Shown here piece after piece: positions 45,677 to 55,124 of a stretch of DNA of 64,000 nucleotides (within the stretch, counting starts at the first letter, position 1; each line of letters begins with the position of its first letter). The notes beneath the pieces are model-generated. The model was not told the DNA's origin and ran no database searches. It worked only from the letters and a program-made list of their open reading frames with translations. The position numbers and the translations under genes were made by a program. This DNA comes from an uncultured Clostridium sp. (GTDB lineage: Bacteria; Bacillota_I; Bacilli_A; RF39; UBA660): positions 21,857 through 85,856 of the forward strand of contig CAMNJQ010000059.1 in the NCBI GenBank assembly GCA_946541575.1, in the 5' to 3' direction.

Positions 45677-46226
45677 TTTTAATTTCCTCTATACTTTTAA
45701 ACTTTCCATTTTTATTACGAAAGTCAACAATATTTTTTGCTTTAGTTTTACCTATTCCATCTAAAGTCATTAATTCTTCAATCGATGCATTATTAATAGA
45801 AATTTTAGAATCACTTTTAACAACACTATCTTTTTCATTCTTTGTAATAATCTCCTTATTTGATTCCTTACTTGGAATGATAATTATCATTTCATCATAT
45901 ACTTTTTCACTTAAATTAATATTTGAAACATCAGCTTTATCCGTTAGACCACCTGCTTTATTAATAACATCTATTATTCTTTCACCATCTAAAGCTTCAT
46001 AAGTATTTGGATTTTTAATTTCTCCTTTAATATCTACTATCATTTTAGAATTAATTATTTCATCATCTTTTTCAATTAGTAATTCGTCATTATTAACTAT
46101 TTCTTCATTAGAAAAATCATTATTTGATAAAGTTAAAAAAATATTATATATAATTAAAAAAATAATAATAAAATATAAAATAATATCTTTTCGATTATAA
46201 TAAATAAAATCTTTAATTTTTTGCAT
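45618..46226 (-). CDS. comEA: competence protein ComEA (SLBB + helix-hairpin-helix DNA-binding)
   Basis: TM anchor, [14 protein letters not shown]...[11 protein letters not shown] (SLBB) and [46 protein letters not shown] (HhH). Confidence 0.9.
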   Translation of the reverse strand: [202 protein letters not shown]

Positions 46227-46259
46227 AAAAAAACCTCCCTAAGGAGATTATTAGACGTT

Positions 46260-47414
46260 TTAGACAGAAATGCCCAATTTTTTTAATCTTGTTTCAATTG
46301 CTACTCTTTGAACAATAGATAATGCTAAGATCAAACTAAGAGTAAAAGAACCACCATAACTTAAAAATGGTAATGGAACTCCAGTAAGTGGAACTAATCC
46401 CATTATTCCCAATAAATTAATAACAATATGAATAAAAATGTATATTGCAACACCATAACATATTATTGACCCTCTACTTGAAACACTATTTTTACCAATT
46501 CTTATAATTCGCCACAATAATACTATAAATAATAAAATAATAAATGAAGATGCTACACATCCTAATTCTTCAACGACAATAGCAAAAATAAAATCTGTAT
46601 GTGATTCAGGTAAATATAAATACTTTTGAGTGCTATTTCCTAATCCTTTACCCCACATACCACCATTATTAAAGGCTATATAAGAATTACATACCTGATT
46701 TCCAGAAGTATAAAATTTTTCTTCGCTACAAGGATATCTATAATCCTTACGATCAATTTGCCTTTTAAAATTTGAAGTATTAAAAATATAATAACAAAAT
46801 AATACAGCAATCATCAGAAGAATAGAAATAGAAACCACTTTAAACTTCACTAATCTTTTAATAGGCATAATTAAATATAATAAAAAAAATGTAATTAGCA
46901 TAATAGCAGCAGTACCAAAATCTGGTTGTAATATTATAAGTCCACAAAAGAAGGCAGTAACTCCAATTGGGAAAAAATTTGTAAACAATCTATCGAGTTT
47001 ATGCCGATTTAATTCAAAAAAGGCTGAATACCATACAATTAATATTACTTTAATAAACTCACTAGGTTGAAATGAAAAAGGCCCAATAACAATCCAACTT
47101 CTTGCATCATTTATTATAGCACCAAAAAATGATACAAATATCAATACTGGTATACTAATTAATAAAATAAGCCAAGAGGATCCACTATAAGTTCTAGTAT
47201 TAAAATGAATTAAAAAAAGAAAACCAATAATACCAAGTCCCAAACTTAAGCCTTGTTTTAATAAAAAATTATAAGGACTTTTATTATATCTCATGAAAGC
47301 AGCAATATTTGAGGCAGAAAAAATCATTATTAGTCCAATTGAAAAAAGTAATATACTCACAACTAATAATGTTCTGTCTACATGTTTTAACATAATTTTA
47401 TCTTTTAGTCTCAT
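46260..47414 (-). CDS. FtsW/RodA/SpoVE-family SEDS peptidoglycan polymerase
   Basis: Ten-TM profile. QPSEFIKV, PDFGTA, LPESHTDFIFA and TGVPLPFLSYGGS are SEDS signatures. Confidence 0.85.
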   Translation of the reverse strand: MRLKDKIMLKHVDRTLLVVSILLFSIGLIMIFSASNIAAFMRYNKSPYNFLLKQGLSLGLGIIGFLFLIHFNTRTYSGSSWLILLISIPVLIFVSFFGAIINDARSWIVIGPFSFQPSEFIKVILIVWYSAFFELNRHKLDRLFTNFFPIGVTAFFCGLIILQPDFGTAAIMLITFFLLYLIMPIKRLVKFKVVSISILLMIAVLFCYYIFNTSNFKRQIDRKDYRYPCSEEKFYTSGNQVCNSYIAFNNGGMWGKGLGNSTQKYLYLPESHTDFIFAIVVEELGCVASSFIILLFIVLLWRIIRIGKNSVSSRGSIICYGVAIYIFIHIVINLLGIMGLVPLTGVPLPFLSYGGSFTLSLILALSIVQRVAIETRLKKLGISV

Positions 47415-47513
47415 ATATATCCTCCTTTCAATATTCTATTATTATTATATATCATATAAAAATATTAAAAAAGGAAGAAATACAAAACTTAACATATTTA
47501 ATATAGAAAAGTG

Positions 47514-47542
47514 TAAAAAAAAGAATAGAAAAATCTATTCTT
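47514..47542 (-). terminator. intrinsic terminator after tsf
   Basis: Minus strand AAGAATAG-n6-CTATTCTT followed by T8. It overlaps the tsf stop codon. Confidence 0.75.
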
Positions 47543-48416
47543 ATCCATTAACCTGTTTCATTACTTCTTCAGCAAAGTCATCATTTCTTTTTTCGATTCC
47601 TTCTCCTACTTCATAACGAATCATTTTCTTAATTGTACCTTTATTTTCTTTTACATATTGTCCAACAGATTTATCAGAATCTTTAATAAATTCTTGTTCA
47701 ACTAAGCAAACTTCTTTATAGTACTTATTAATTCTTCCATTAACCATTTTTTCAGCAATATCAGCAGGTTTTCCTTCATTCATAGCTTGTTCTTTAATGA
47801 TTTCTCTTTCATGTTCAAGAACATCTTCAGGAACATCTTCCTTTGTCATAAATAAAGGTCTCATAGCTGCAGCATGCATTGAAACATCTTTAGCAACTTC
47901 TTCATTAGCTCCATCAAGAACTGTTAATACTGAAATTCTTCCACCTAAGTGAGAATATACTCCGAATACTTCATTCTTTTTCTTCTCAACATATTCAAAT
48001 CTTCTAAAGCTAATTTTTTCTCCAATTTTAGCAATTAGTGCTACTAAATATTCATTAACTGTTTGTCCATCATCTAATTTTAAATTCATAGCATCATCCA
48101 TAGTCTTAACACCACTATTTAAAATAGCATTTCCAACAGTACTAATGAACTTTTTAAATTCTTCGTTTTTAGCAACAAAGTCAGTTTCAGAATTAACTTC
48201 CAAAATTACTGCCTTATTTTTATCTACAATTATTTCACTTAACCCCTCTGCTGCAATACGTGACTCTTTTTTACTAGCCTTTGCAATTCCTTTTTCTCTT
48301 AACCAGTCAACAGCTTTATCCATATCACCTTCTGATGCTTCTAAAGCTTTTTTACAATCAAGCATTCCTGCTCCAGTTTTTTCTCTTAAGTCTTTTACAT
48401 CTTTAGCACTAAACAT
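47541..48416 (-). CDS. tsf: elongation factor Ts
   Basis: VKDLREKTGAGMLDCKKAL...WLREKGIAKASKK is the canonical EF-Ts UBA-like N-terminus. Confidence 0.95.
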   Translation of the reverse strand: MFSAKDVKDLREKTGAGMLDCKKALEASEGDMDKAVDWLREKGIAKASKKESRIAAEGLSEIIVDKNKAVILEVNSETDFVAKNEEFKKFISTVGNAILNSGVKTMDDAMNLKLDDGQTVNEYLVALIAKIGEKISFRRFEYVEKKKNEVFGVYSHLGGRISVLTVLDGANEEVAKDVSMHAAAMRPLFMTKEDVPEDVLEHEREIIKEQAMNEGKPADIAEKMVNGRINKYYKEVCLVEQEFIKDSDKSVGQYVKENKGTIKKMIRYEVGEGIEKRNDDFAEEVMKQVNG

Positions 48417-48438
48417 AATTAATCCCTTTCTAAAACTA

Positions 48439-49446
48439 TTACTTCTTTAATTCAGCTAATAGTTCATCTTTTTTCATTTTAGAGTAACCTTTAACGCCTT
48501 GTTCCTTTGCATATTCTTTTAATTCAGTTAAATTTAATTCTTCAAGGTTTACTTCTTCTTTTTTTTCTTCAACAGAAACTTTTTCTTCTTTTACTTCTTC
48601 TCTTTTTACATTCTTTCTTGGCTTAGTTTCTTCTTGTGGTTTATCTTCTTTTTCTACTTTAACGTTTTCTTTTTCGATTGATTCAACGAATTCATTAACT
48701 GCATCTTCTTTATTCTTGTCTGATGATTTATTCTTATCTTCTTCAGTTAAATAATCAATCATTTCATTACCATTAACTTCTGCAATTGCATTAGTTAAAA
48801 CACCAATCATTAATTTAACACTTCTTACTGCATCATCATTTCCAGGTATAACATAATCAACCATATCAGGATCACAGTTAGTATCTACAACACCAAAAAC
48901 TGGAATATTTAACTTTCTTGCCTCTTTAATTGCAATTTCTTCTTTTCTAGGATCAACGATAACTAAAGCATCAGGAAGTTTTTTCATTTCTCTGATTCCT
49001 CTTAAATTCTTATTTAATTTATCGTATTCTTTTTTAATATTAATAACTTCTTTTTTTGGAAGTAAATCAAAAGTTCCTTCTGCTTCTAGCTTTTCAATTT
49101 CTTCCATTCTCTTAATTCTAGATCTAATAGTCTTGAAGTTAGTTAAAGTTCCACCTAACCATCTTTCATTTACAAAATACATATTAGTTCTAGTAGCACT
49201 TTCTTCAGCAGCTTCTTGAGCCTGCTTTTTAGTTCCTACAAATAATACTTTTCCTTCATTTGCAGCAATTTCTTTCATAGCTTCATAAGCTTCTTCGATT
49301 TTCTTTGCTGTTTTTTGTAAATCGATTATATAAATATCATCACGTGATGTATAAATATACTCTCTCATTTTTGGGTTCCATCTTCTTCTTTGATGTCCGA
49401 AGTGAACTCCTGCTTCTAATAAATAATTCATTGACACTACTGCCAT
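48439..49446 (-). CDS. rpsB: 30S ribosomal protein S2 with ~85-aa K/E-rich C-terminal extension ending in a Rho_N/SAP-like motif
   Basis: [19 protein letters not shown]...[11 protein letters not shown]...VDTNCDPD is the core S2. The tail ends ...[32 protein letters not shown]. Confidence 0.95.
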   Translation of the reverse strand: MAVVSMNYLLEAGVHFGHQRRRWNPKMREYIYTSRDDIYIIDLQKTAKKIEEAYEAMKEIAANEGKVLFVGTKKQAQEAAEESATRTNMYFVNERWLGGTLTNFKTIRSRIKRMEEIEKLEAEGTFDLLPKKEVINIKKEYDKLNKNLRGIREMKKLPDALVIVDPRKEEIAIKEARKLNIPVFGVVDTNCDPDMVDYVIPGNDDAVRSVKLMIGVLTNAIAEVNGNEMIDYLTEEDKNKSSDKNKEDAVNEFVESIEKENVKVEKEDKPQEETKPRKNVKREEVKEEKVSVEEKKEEVNLEELNLTELKEYAKEQGVKGYSKMKKDELLAELKK

Positions 49447-49535
49447 AATTTAAATCTCCTTTTCGTTTTTATCTTCTATTAATTTCTAATAATTCCACCA
49501 AATTGGCACTCGGTAATTAAATCCATTAATATGCT

Positions 49536-50114
49536 TTATTCTGTTTCTTTTTTAGTTGTTTTCTTCGCTGTAGTTTTCTTTGTTGTTTCTTTTTTTACTT
49601 CAGTTTTTTCTTTTTTGGTTTCACTTACTTTTTTTTCAGCTACTACTTTTCCCTTTTTATCTTCTTTTTTAGCTTTAGAAGCTTTTTCTTCCTTTTTAGG
49701 AACTTCTTTAACTACTTCAACTTCAGATTTAACTTCTTTCTTAGCAGCTACAGTCTTTCCTTCAAGACCTAATTTTGCTTCTTTTACTAATTCACTAAAT
49801 GCTTTTGAATCTGCAATTGCAATTTCAGATAACATCTTTCTATTAACAAGAACTCCTCTTTTATTTAATCCTTCAATAAATCTAGAATAACTGATTTCGT
49901 TTTCACGACATGCAGCATTAATTCTTGTAATCCATAGCTTTCTAAAATCTCTTTTCTTTTGACGTCTATCTCTAAATGCATATTGTCCAGAATGCATTAA
50001 TTGTTCTTTTGCTGTTTTATATAATCTATGTTTACTTCCAAAGTAACCTTTAGCAGCCTTAAGTACTTTTTTATGACGTGCTTTTGTTGTTACACTATTT
50101 TTTACTCTTGCCAT
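49536..50114 (-). CDS. rplT: 50S ribosomal protein L20 with ~75-aa Lys-rich C-terminal extension
   Basis: [26 protein letters not shown]...[17 protein letters not shown] is the core L20. The tail is K/E/T/V-rich low complexity. Confidence 0.95.
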   Translation of the reverse strand: MARVKNSVTTKARHKKVLKAAKGYFGSKHRLYKTAKEQLMHSGQYAFRDRRQKKRDFRKLWITRINAACRENEISYSRFIEGLNKRGVLVNRKMLSEIAIADSKAFSELVKEAKLGLEGKTVAAKKEVKSEVEVVKEVPKKEEKASKAKKEDKKGKVVAEKKVSETKKEKTEVKKETTKKTTAKKTTKKETE

Positions 50115-50132
50115 TTCTAACTCCTCCTTACA

Positions 50133-50321
50133 CTAAATAACTTTCTTTAATCTCTTGTAGTCTGCTTTACTTAATAGTGCATTCTTTCTTTTTGCTCTAT
50201 TAACAGCACCACTTTTCTTTCCTGTTTTATGATTTAATCCAGTTTGACGCAAAGTAATAGTTCCACTTTTTCTAACTTTAAGAACTTTACTTAATCCACT
50301 GTGAGTTTTTACTTTACCCAT
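50133..50321 (-). CDS. rpmI: 50S ribosomal protein L35
   Basis: MGKVKTHSGLSKVLKVRKSG... is a small basic protein lying between infC and rplT. Confidence 0.9.
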   Translation of the reverse strand: MGKVKTHSGLSKVLKVRKSGTITLRQTGLNHKTGKKSGAVNRAKRKNALLSKADYKRLKKVI

Positions 50322-50336
50322 TATAATCCTCCTACT

Positions 50337-50867
50337 TTATTTTGTCTTTTTTGGCATCAATAACATAATCATATTTTTTCCATCAAGTTTAGGTTTCGAT
50401 TCAATTTCTGCAATATCACTTAATCTTTCAGCAAATCTTAATAATACATCACTACCTAATTCAGTATGAGCCATTTGTCTTCCTCTAAAACGAATAGTAA
50501 CTTTAATCTTATCTCCTTTTTCAAGATACTTTGTTACTTGCTTTAACTTTGTCTCAAAATCACCAACATCAATTGATGGAGAAAGTCTAAATTCTTTTAA
50601 ATTTTGCATAGATGCTCTTTGTTTCTTCAAAGCATCTTTTTCTTTTTTACTTTTCTCATACTTATACTTTTTGTAATCCATCAATTTACATACTGGTGGA
50701 TTCCCATTAGGTCCTATTAGTACTAAATCAAGGCCAGCATAATTAGCAAGTGTTAATGCATCTTTAATTGTTTTAACACCAGTTTGCTCCCCATTCGGAC
50801 CAATAACTAAAACTTGTGGAACTTTAATTTGTTCATTAATTAACAAATTATTTTTTGAGTTTGCTAT
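50337..50867 (-). CDS. infC: translation initiation factor IF-3 (probable non-AUG start)
   Basis: INEQIKVPQVLVIGPNGEQ...KLMDYKKYKYE...KEFRLSPSIDVGDFETK is IF-3. GGAGGTG (complement of 50874-50880) sits 6 nt before an in-frame ATA at 50867. The upstream track extension runs through the attenuator hairpin. Confidence 0.85.
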   Translation of the reverse strand: MANSKNNLLINEQIKVPQVLVIGPNGEQTGVKTIKDALTLANYAGLDLVLIGPNGNPPVCKLMDYKKYKYEKSKKEKDALKKQRASMQNLKEFRLSPSIDVGDFETKLKQVTKYLEKGDKIKVTIRFRGRQMAHTELGSDVLLRFAERLSDIAEIESKPKLDGKNMIMLLMPKKTK

Positions 50868-51022
50868 ATAAAACACCTCCAATAAATATAAAAAAGTGGA
50901 TACAATATATCCACTTAATACCATAAAAACAATAAACAGCAAATCCTGTTTTCGGCATTTAACCCAAAGCTATAAAACCGCAATCGGGTGGATGTGGATA
51001 CATCTCTTTCCTTTTTTATTAC
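50868..51022 (-). promoter_or_regulatory. infC-rpmI-rplT leader with terminator/attenuator (L20-leader-like)
   Basis: ~155-nt leader ending in GTGGATATATTGTATCCAC plus T6 (complement of 50889-50914), immediately before the infC RBS. Identification as an L20 leader rests on position and the Bacillus precedent, not on a covariance-model match. Confidence 0.5.
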
Positions 51023-51029
51023 GCATAGT

Positions 51030-51058
51030 ATTATATTCTATGATTCTAATTTTGTCAA
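51030..51058 (-). promoter_or_regulatory. consensus sigma-A promoter for the infC operon
   Basis: Minus strand TTGACA (51053-51058), 17-nt spacer, TATAAT (51030-51035). Confidence 0.7.
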
Positions 51059-51061
51059 CTA

Positions 51062-51331
51062 TTATATTTTCTTTTTTCTTTTAACTTTATCTATTTCCTT
51101 CCTTATATCATTTAGCTCATCTTCTTTTTTATTAATAACAGTATTTTTTCTTTTATGGGAAAGAACAAGAACAACTATATATGATAAAAAAGCAAAAATA
51201 ATATGGACTTGAAAAAATAAATTTAAAATAGCTAAAACTATAGTTAAAGCTGCAAAAATAATTATTAATATCCTAAGAATTTCTCTTTTTTTAAAATTCT
51301 TTAAATTTTGATCATTAGAAATATCATGCAT
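51062..51331 (-). CDS. small two-TM membrane protein, hypothetical
   Basis: ORF with two hydrophobic helices and a basic coiled C-terminus. It overlaps the upstream ORF by 8 nt. Confidence 0.45.
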   Translation of the reverse strand: MHDISNDQNLKNFKKREILRILIIIFAALTIVLAILNLFFQVHIIFAFLSYIVVLVLSHKRKNTVINKKEDELNDIRKEIDKVKRKKKI

Positions 51332-51683
51332 AAAATACTCCTTTCACAACTAAAAATATAATAAAAGCTAAAATGGATATAATTAATAAGTACAATAAAA
51401 TAGTTCTCCTAGTACTATTATTTTCTTCATCGTTTTTTTGGCCTTTTAAGATATATGAATCATGTTCAGACAAATACTTATCAATATAGTTCCTAGTATC
51501 TTCAGGAATGATACTACACTTAGATAAAAACTTTAAAATATCTAAAGCAGCTAAATCATCTTTTATTTCAATTCTTCTAGTTGTACTTTTTAAAATATTT
51601 CTCAAAACTTCTGGAGTTAATAAATTATTATCAATAATCTTTTTAACTTCTTCTAAACTATAGTAATCCATTACATTCACCAT
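51324..51683 (-). CDS. small C-terminally TM-anchored protein, hypothetical
   Basis: Soluble N-domain followed by ILLYLLIISILAFIIFLVV. No motif recognised. Confidence 0.45.
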   Translation of the reverse strand: MVNVMDYYSLEEVKKIIDNNLLTPEVLRNILKSTTRRIEIKDDLAALDILKFLSKCSIIPEDTRNYIDKYLSEHDSYILKGQKNDEENNSTRRTILLYLLIISILAFIIFLVVKGVFYA

Positions 51684-51697
51684 AGATAATTATATCA

Positions 51698-52012
51698 TCA
51701 AACATCTACTTTTTTTAAAAAATATTGAAATATTTTTTTTAATCCCGCATTTATAACATGTGATATATTTCCATTTATTTCAGTAATTGCATTTCCGTAA
51801 TATTTATCTTTGATTAAATAATCATTCAAGTCAATTTCAACACCATTTTTAATATCATTTTCAAACTTATTAATTTGCTCTATAGTTAAGTTTTTTCTTT
51901 CTGTTAATTTATATCCATATATATTACCACCAAAAAAATATAAAAAAATAAAAAATAGAAATAAAATAGAAATAAAATATTTATATACTTTTTTAATCAA
52001 GTTTTCCTCCAA
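51698..52012 (-). CDS. small membrane protein in the YqxA (DUF3679) position downstream of spoIIP
   Basis: N-terminal TM. The call is based on synteny gpr-spoIIP-yqxA as in Bacillus. Sequence-level support is weak. Confidence 0.4.
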   Translation of the reverse strand: MEENLIKKVYKYFISILFLFFIFLYFFGGNIYGYKLTERKNLTIEQINKFENDIKNGVEIDLNDYLIKDKYYGNAITEINGNISHVINAGLKKIFQYFLKKVDV

Positions 52013-52904
52013 TATATAAATTGATCATCTCAGCAATAACATCTATTGTATTACCAACTTCATCAAAAGTGTTTTCTTCACCACCAACTTCAATTAAAAT
52101 ACATAAATTAGAAAAATCTTGATTGTAAACTCCATTTACTCCTTTGCCCTTTTTTCTATAAATACCTCTACTAAGTCCTTTATAATTAGTATTCAAATAA
52201 TTTTCAAGTTTTGTCATAACTATTTCATTTTGTCTATAATTTTCATTCTCAAGTCCCAATAAAAACATAGTTTTCGCATATTTTTTTCCATTAATATCAA
52301 TTGTACTAATATTTTTATTTACTGAATCTCTATGCAAATCTATAAAATACTTCAAAGATGGATTTTCTTCTTTCCTTTTTTCCATAAACATTCTAGAAAC
52401 TCTATAAGAACTAGCATAATTCCAATTATTAGTATTCAAAACGTCATTAATACTAGATGTTTCAACAATAGATTCTATTCCATATTTTTTCAGTTTACTT
52501 TGCAACAAAAAACTAGCATCTAAAACAGAATAATTAATATTTATTTCTTTCGTACCACTATATTTTTCTGTTTGATGAGTATTATAAATATATACAATAG
52601 GACTTGAATCAGTTTTCATAGTCTCTACTTCATAATCATTATCTACATTTTCATTATTAACACCTACATTATAATTATTCATTAAAATAGAAACCGGATT
52701 TATCAAATCAACAGATTTTACTTTGGATACAAACTCGTTAATAAGTCTATTTTCACTACTAATATTGCCAGAGCTATCTAATAAAACCTCTAATGTTTCC
52801 TCATCTAGCACAAGATCATAACTATCAAGCCATTTTACTGTATAAATCAAACTAAAAACCATTATTATTACCAAAGTCAAGAATTTCCAAACATTTCTTT
52901 TCAT
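51993..52904 (-). CDS. spoIIP: stage II sporulation protein P
   Basis: TM anchor. IVYIYNTHQTEKY and FIDLHRDS match the SpoIIP amidase-like motifs. Located downstream of gpr. Confidence 0.8.
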   Translation of the reverse strand: MKRNVWKFLTLVIIMVFSLIYTVKWLDSYDLVLDEETLEVLLDSSGNISSENRLINEFVSKVKSVDLINPVSILMNNYNVGVNNENVDNDYEVETMKTDSSPIVYIYNTHQTEKYSGTKEININYSVLDASFLLQSKLKKYGIESIVETSSINDVLNTNNWNYASSYRVSRMFMEKRKEENPSLKYFIDLHRDSVNKNISTIDINGKKYAKTMFLLGLENENYRQNEIVMTKLENYLNTNYKGLSRGIYRKKGKGVNGVYNQDFSNLCILIEVGGEENTFDEVGNTIDVIAEMINLYIGGKLD

Positions 52905-52940
52905 ATAATCACCAATGCAATTATATAATTATTAAATGTT

Positions 52941-53780
52941 TTAAATTGTCATTTTATGAAGACTTCTATTAATTGCTTTAGAAATTAATAAAGAAAGCTT
53001 TTCTATTTCATAATCAATTTCTTTTGGTGTTACCATAAAATTATTTCCTTTTTTTAACAAAAGTTCATCAACATTATATCCATCTAAAAAATTTCTAACA
53101 ATTGTATGAAGATTAACAACTGTAGGAACTCCAATAATAATCACATCTTTATTAAGTTTTTCCTTGGATATTTCTTTCCTAAGATTACCTACTCCACTTC
53201 CAGGTTCTATTGCAGAATCAGTAATTTGTATTACTTTATTTATCTTATCTATACTTGTACTAGATAAAGCATCAATAACAATTAAAAAATCAGGATTAAT
53301 CTTTTTAACTATTCCATCTATAATATCAAAAGTTTCAATACCAGTACTAGAAAACACTCCAGGAGCTATTTTTGAAACACAGGAATAATTTTTATCAGCA
53401 CATTTAAGCTCATATAAATGTCTAGTTGCAATAATTCCTTTAATAGTTTGTGGCCCTAATGAATCGGGAGTTGAATAATCATTACCTAATCCAACTACCA
53501 AACAAGATTTATTAGTTAATCCTTTTTTTCGTAACAGGCACTTTAATTCAATAGTTAATACTTTTAATACATTATCAAAGTTTTGTGAATCTGTTATATC
53601 ATTGAATAAAATTGAAATATAATCACCACACTTTTTATTTATTTTTTTTGAAGTTTTTATATCAATCTCAATTTTTTCTATTTTAACATTTTTAATTTTT
53701 TTAACTTTTGTCTTTAATAATGGAATATCATTAATTAAATCAAGTCTTGATATTTTATCTTCTAAATTTACTATATGCAT
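52941..53780 (-). CDS. gpr: GPR spore germination protease (A25)
   Basis: CLVVGLGNDYSTPDSLGPQ, TGIETFDII, PDFLIVIDALS, IEPGSGVGN, IGVPTVV and MVTPKEID align with Bacillus Gpr. The N-terminus is shorter than in Bacillus. Confidence 0.85.
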   Translation of the reverse strand: MHIVNLEDKISRLDLINDIPLLKTKVKKIKNVKIEKIEIDIKTSKKINKKCGDYISILFNDITDSQNFDNVLKVLTIELKCLLRKKGLTNKSCLVVGLGNDYSTPDSLGPQTIKGIIATRHLYELKCADKNYSCVSKIAPGVFSSTGIETFDIIDGIVKKINPDFLIVIDALSSTSIDKINKVIQITDSAIEPGSGVGNLRKEISKEKLNKDVIIIGVPTVVNLHTIVRNFLDGYNVDELLLKKGNNFMVTPKEIDYEIEKLSLLISKAINRSLHKMTI

Positions 53781-53880
53781 AATATCACCATTATTTATTT
53801 TCCCTACATTTTAAAGTTTTATTTGCATTTTATTTATTTTTTTGCTAATATATATGTAGTCAAAAAAGAGAGGTGATACT

Positions 53881-54153
53881 ATGCCAAATATAAAAAGTGC
53901 TAAAAAAAGAGTTTTAACAAGTGCTAAAAAGCAAGAAAGTAACAATGTTATTGAACAAAGAACTAAAACATCTGTTAAAAAATTTATAAAAGAAGTAGAA
54001 GCTGGTAATACAGAAAATACTGCTGAAAAATTAAACATTGCAATTAAGAATATCGATAAAGCTGCTGACTCAGGATTAATGCATAAAAATAAAGCAGCAA
54101 GACAAAAATCAAGATTAATGAAAATGAAGAATAAAATGGAAGAAACAAAATAG
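53881..54153 (+). CDS. rpsT: 30S ribosomal protein S20
   Basis: MPNIKSAKKRVLTSAKKQE...HKNKAARQKSRL is canonical S20. GAGAGGTGAT RBS upstream. Confidence 0.95.
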   Translation: MPNIKSAKKRVLTSAKKQESNNVIEQRTKTSVKKFIKEVEAGNTENTAEKLNIAIKNIDKAADSGLMHKNKAARQKSRLMKMKNKMEETK

Positions 54154-54166
54154 TTTCTTTTTTTTT
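54141..54166 (+). terminator. intrinsic terminator after rpsT
   Basis: AGAAAC-AAAATA-GTTTCT followed by T8. It overlaps the stop codon. Confidence 0.75.
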
Positions 54167-54207
54167 ACAAAAACTCATATATATGTTACAATAATAAAGG
54201 TGATTAT

Positions 54208-55116
54208 ATGAAAAAAATCTTATACATATTATTCTTAACAGGAAGCTTAGTTATTATATTTTTAAATAGAAACTTTATTATAAAACAAATATTAAGTGCA
54301 ATTACACAATATCAAGAAGTAAATCTTGAGTTCAAAAATAGTTATTATTTAAAATATAATTTTAAATCAGTTAACTCAGTTGATGAGTTTAGTCTTAAAA
54401 ATAAAAATGATTTATTAAATTTATATTATACGATTATAAATAACGGAAATGATACGTTTGAATTTTATTGTCCAGAAACATATAAAAATTGTTTAAATGA
54501 TATAAATGATTTAGCAAACAATCCACAAGAGTTATCAATTATAAATGGTTATGTCCACCCATATAATAGTTTCGATACTATCGAAACATTATATAATTCT
54601 CTTGGAAAAGTAAATTTAACAATCAAAAAAACATATAGTCCTTATATTATAGAAAGTATAAATGCGAAAGTTGAAGAAATAGTTAAAAATGAAGTCAAAG
54701 AAGAAAAAGATACAAGAAAAATAATTAAAATAATCCATGACTATATAATAAATCATGCAAAATATGATAAAGAAAGAACAGACAAAAATATAATTAACTA
54801 TAATTCAAATACAGCATATGGAGTTTTATTTGAAGGATATGGAATTTGTAGTGGTTATTCTGATGCAATGGCAATCTTCTTAAATTATTATGGTATACCA
54901 AATTTCAAAGTTGCTAGTGAAAATCATGTTTGGAATGCAGTATATCTCGATAATAAATGGTATCACCTAGATTTAACTTGGGATGACCCAATTGTAACAT
55001 CTGGAGAAGAAATACTAGATGATACATATTTTTTAATTACAAATGAAGAACTTAAAAAATTAAACGATTCGCAACATCATTACAATGAACAAAAATACAA
55101 AGAATTATTAAATTAA
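54208..55116 (+). CDS. transglutaminase-like cysteine protease domain protein, TM-anchored
   Basis: YGICSGYSDAMAIFLNYYG (Cys), NHVWNAVYL (His) and WYHLDLTWDD (Asp) form the transglutaminase-core triad. Confidence 0.8.
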   Translation: MKKILYILFLTGSLVIIFLNRNFIIKQILSAITQYQEVNLEFKNSYYLKYNFKSVNSVDEFSLKNKNDLLNLYYTIINNGNDTFEFYCPETYKNCLNDINDLANNPQELSIINGYVHPYNSFDTIETLYNSLGKVNLTIKKTYSPYIIESINAKVEEIVKNEVKEEKDTRKIIKIIHDYIINHAKYDKERTDKNIINYNSNTAYGVLFEGYGICSGYSDAMAIFLNYYGIPNFKVASENHVWNAVYLDNKWYHLDLTWDDPIVTSGEEILDDTYFLITNEELKKLNDSQHHYNEQKYKELLN

Positions 55117-55124
55117 AAAGAGGC

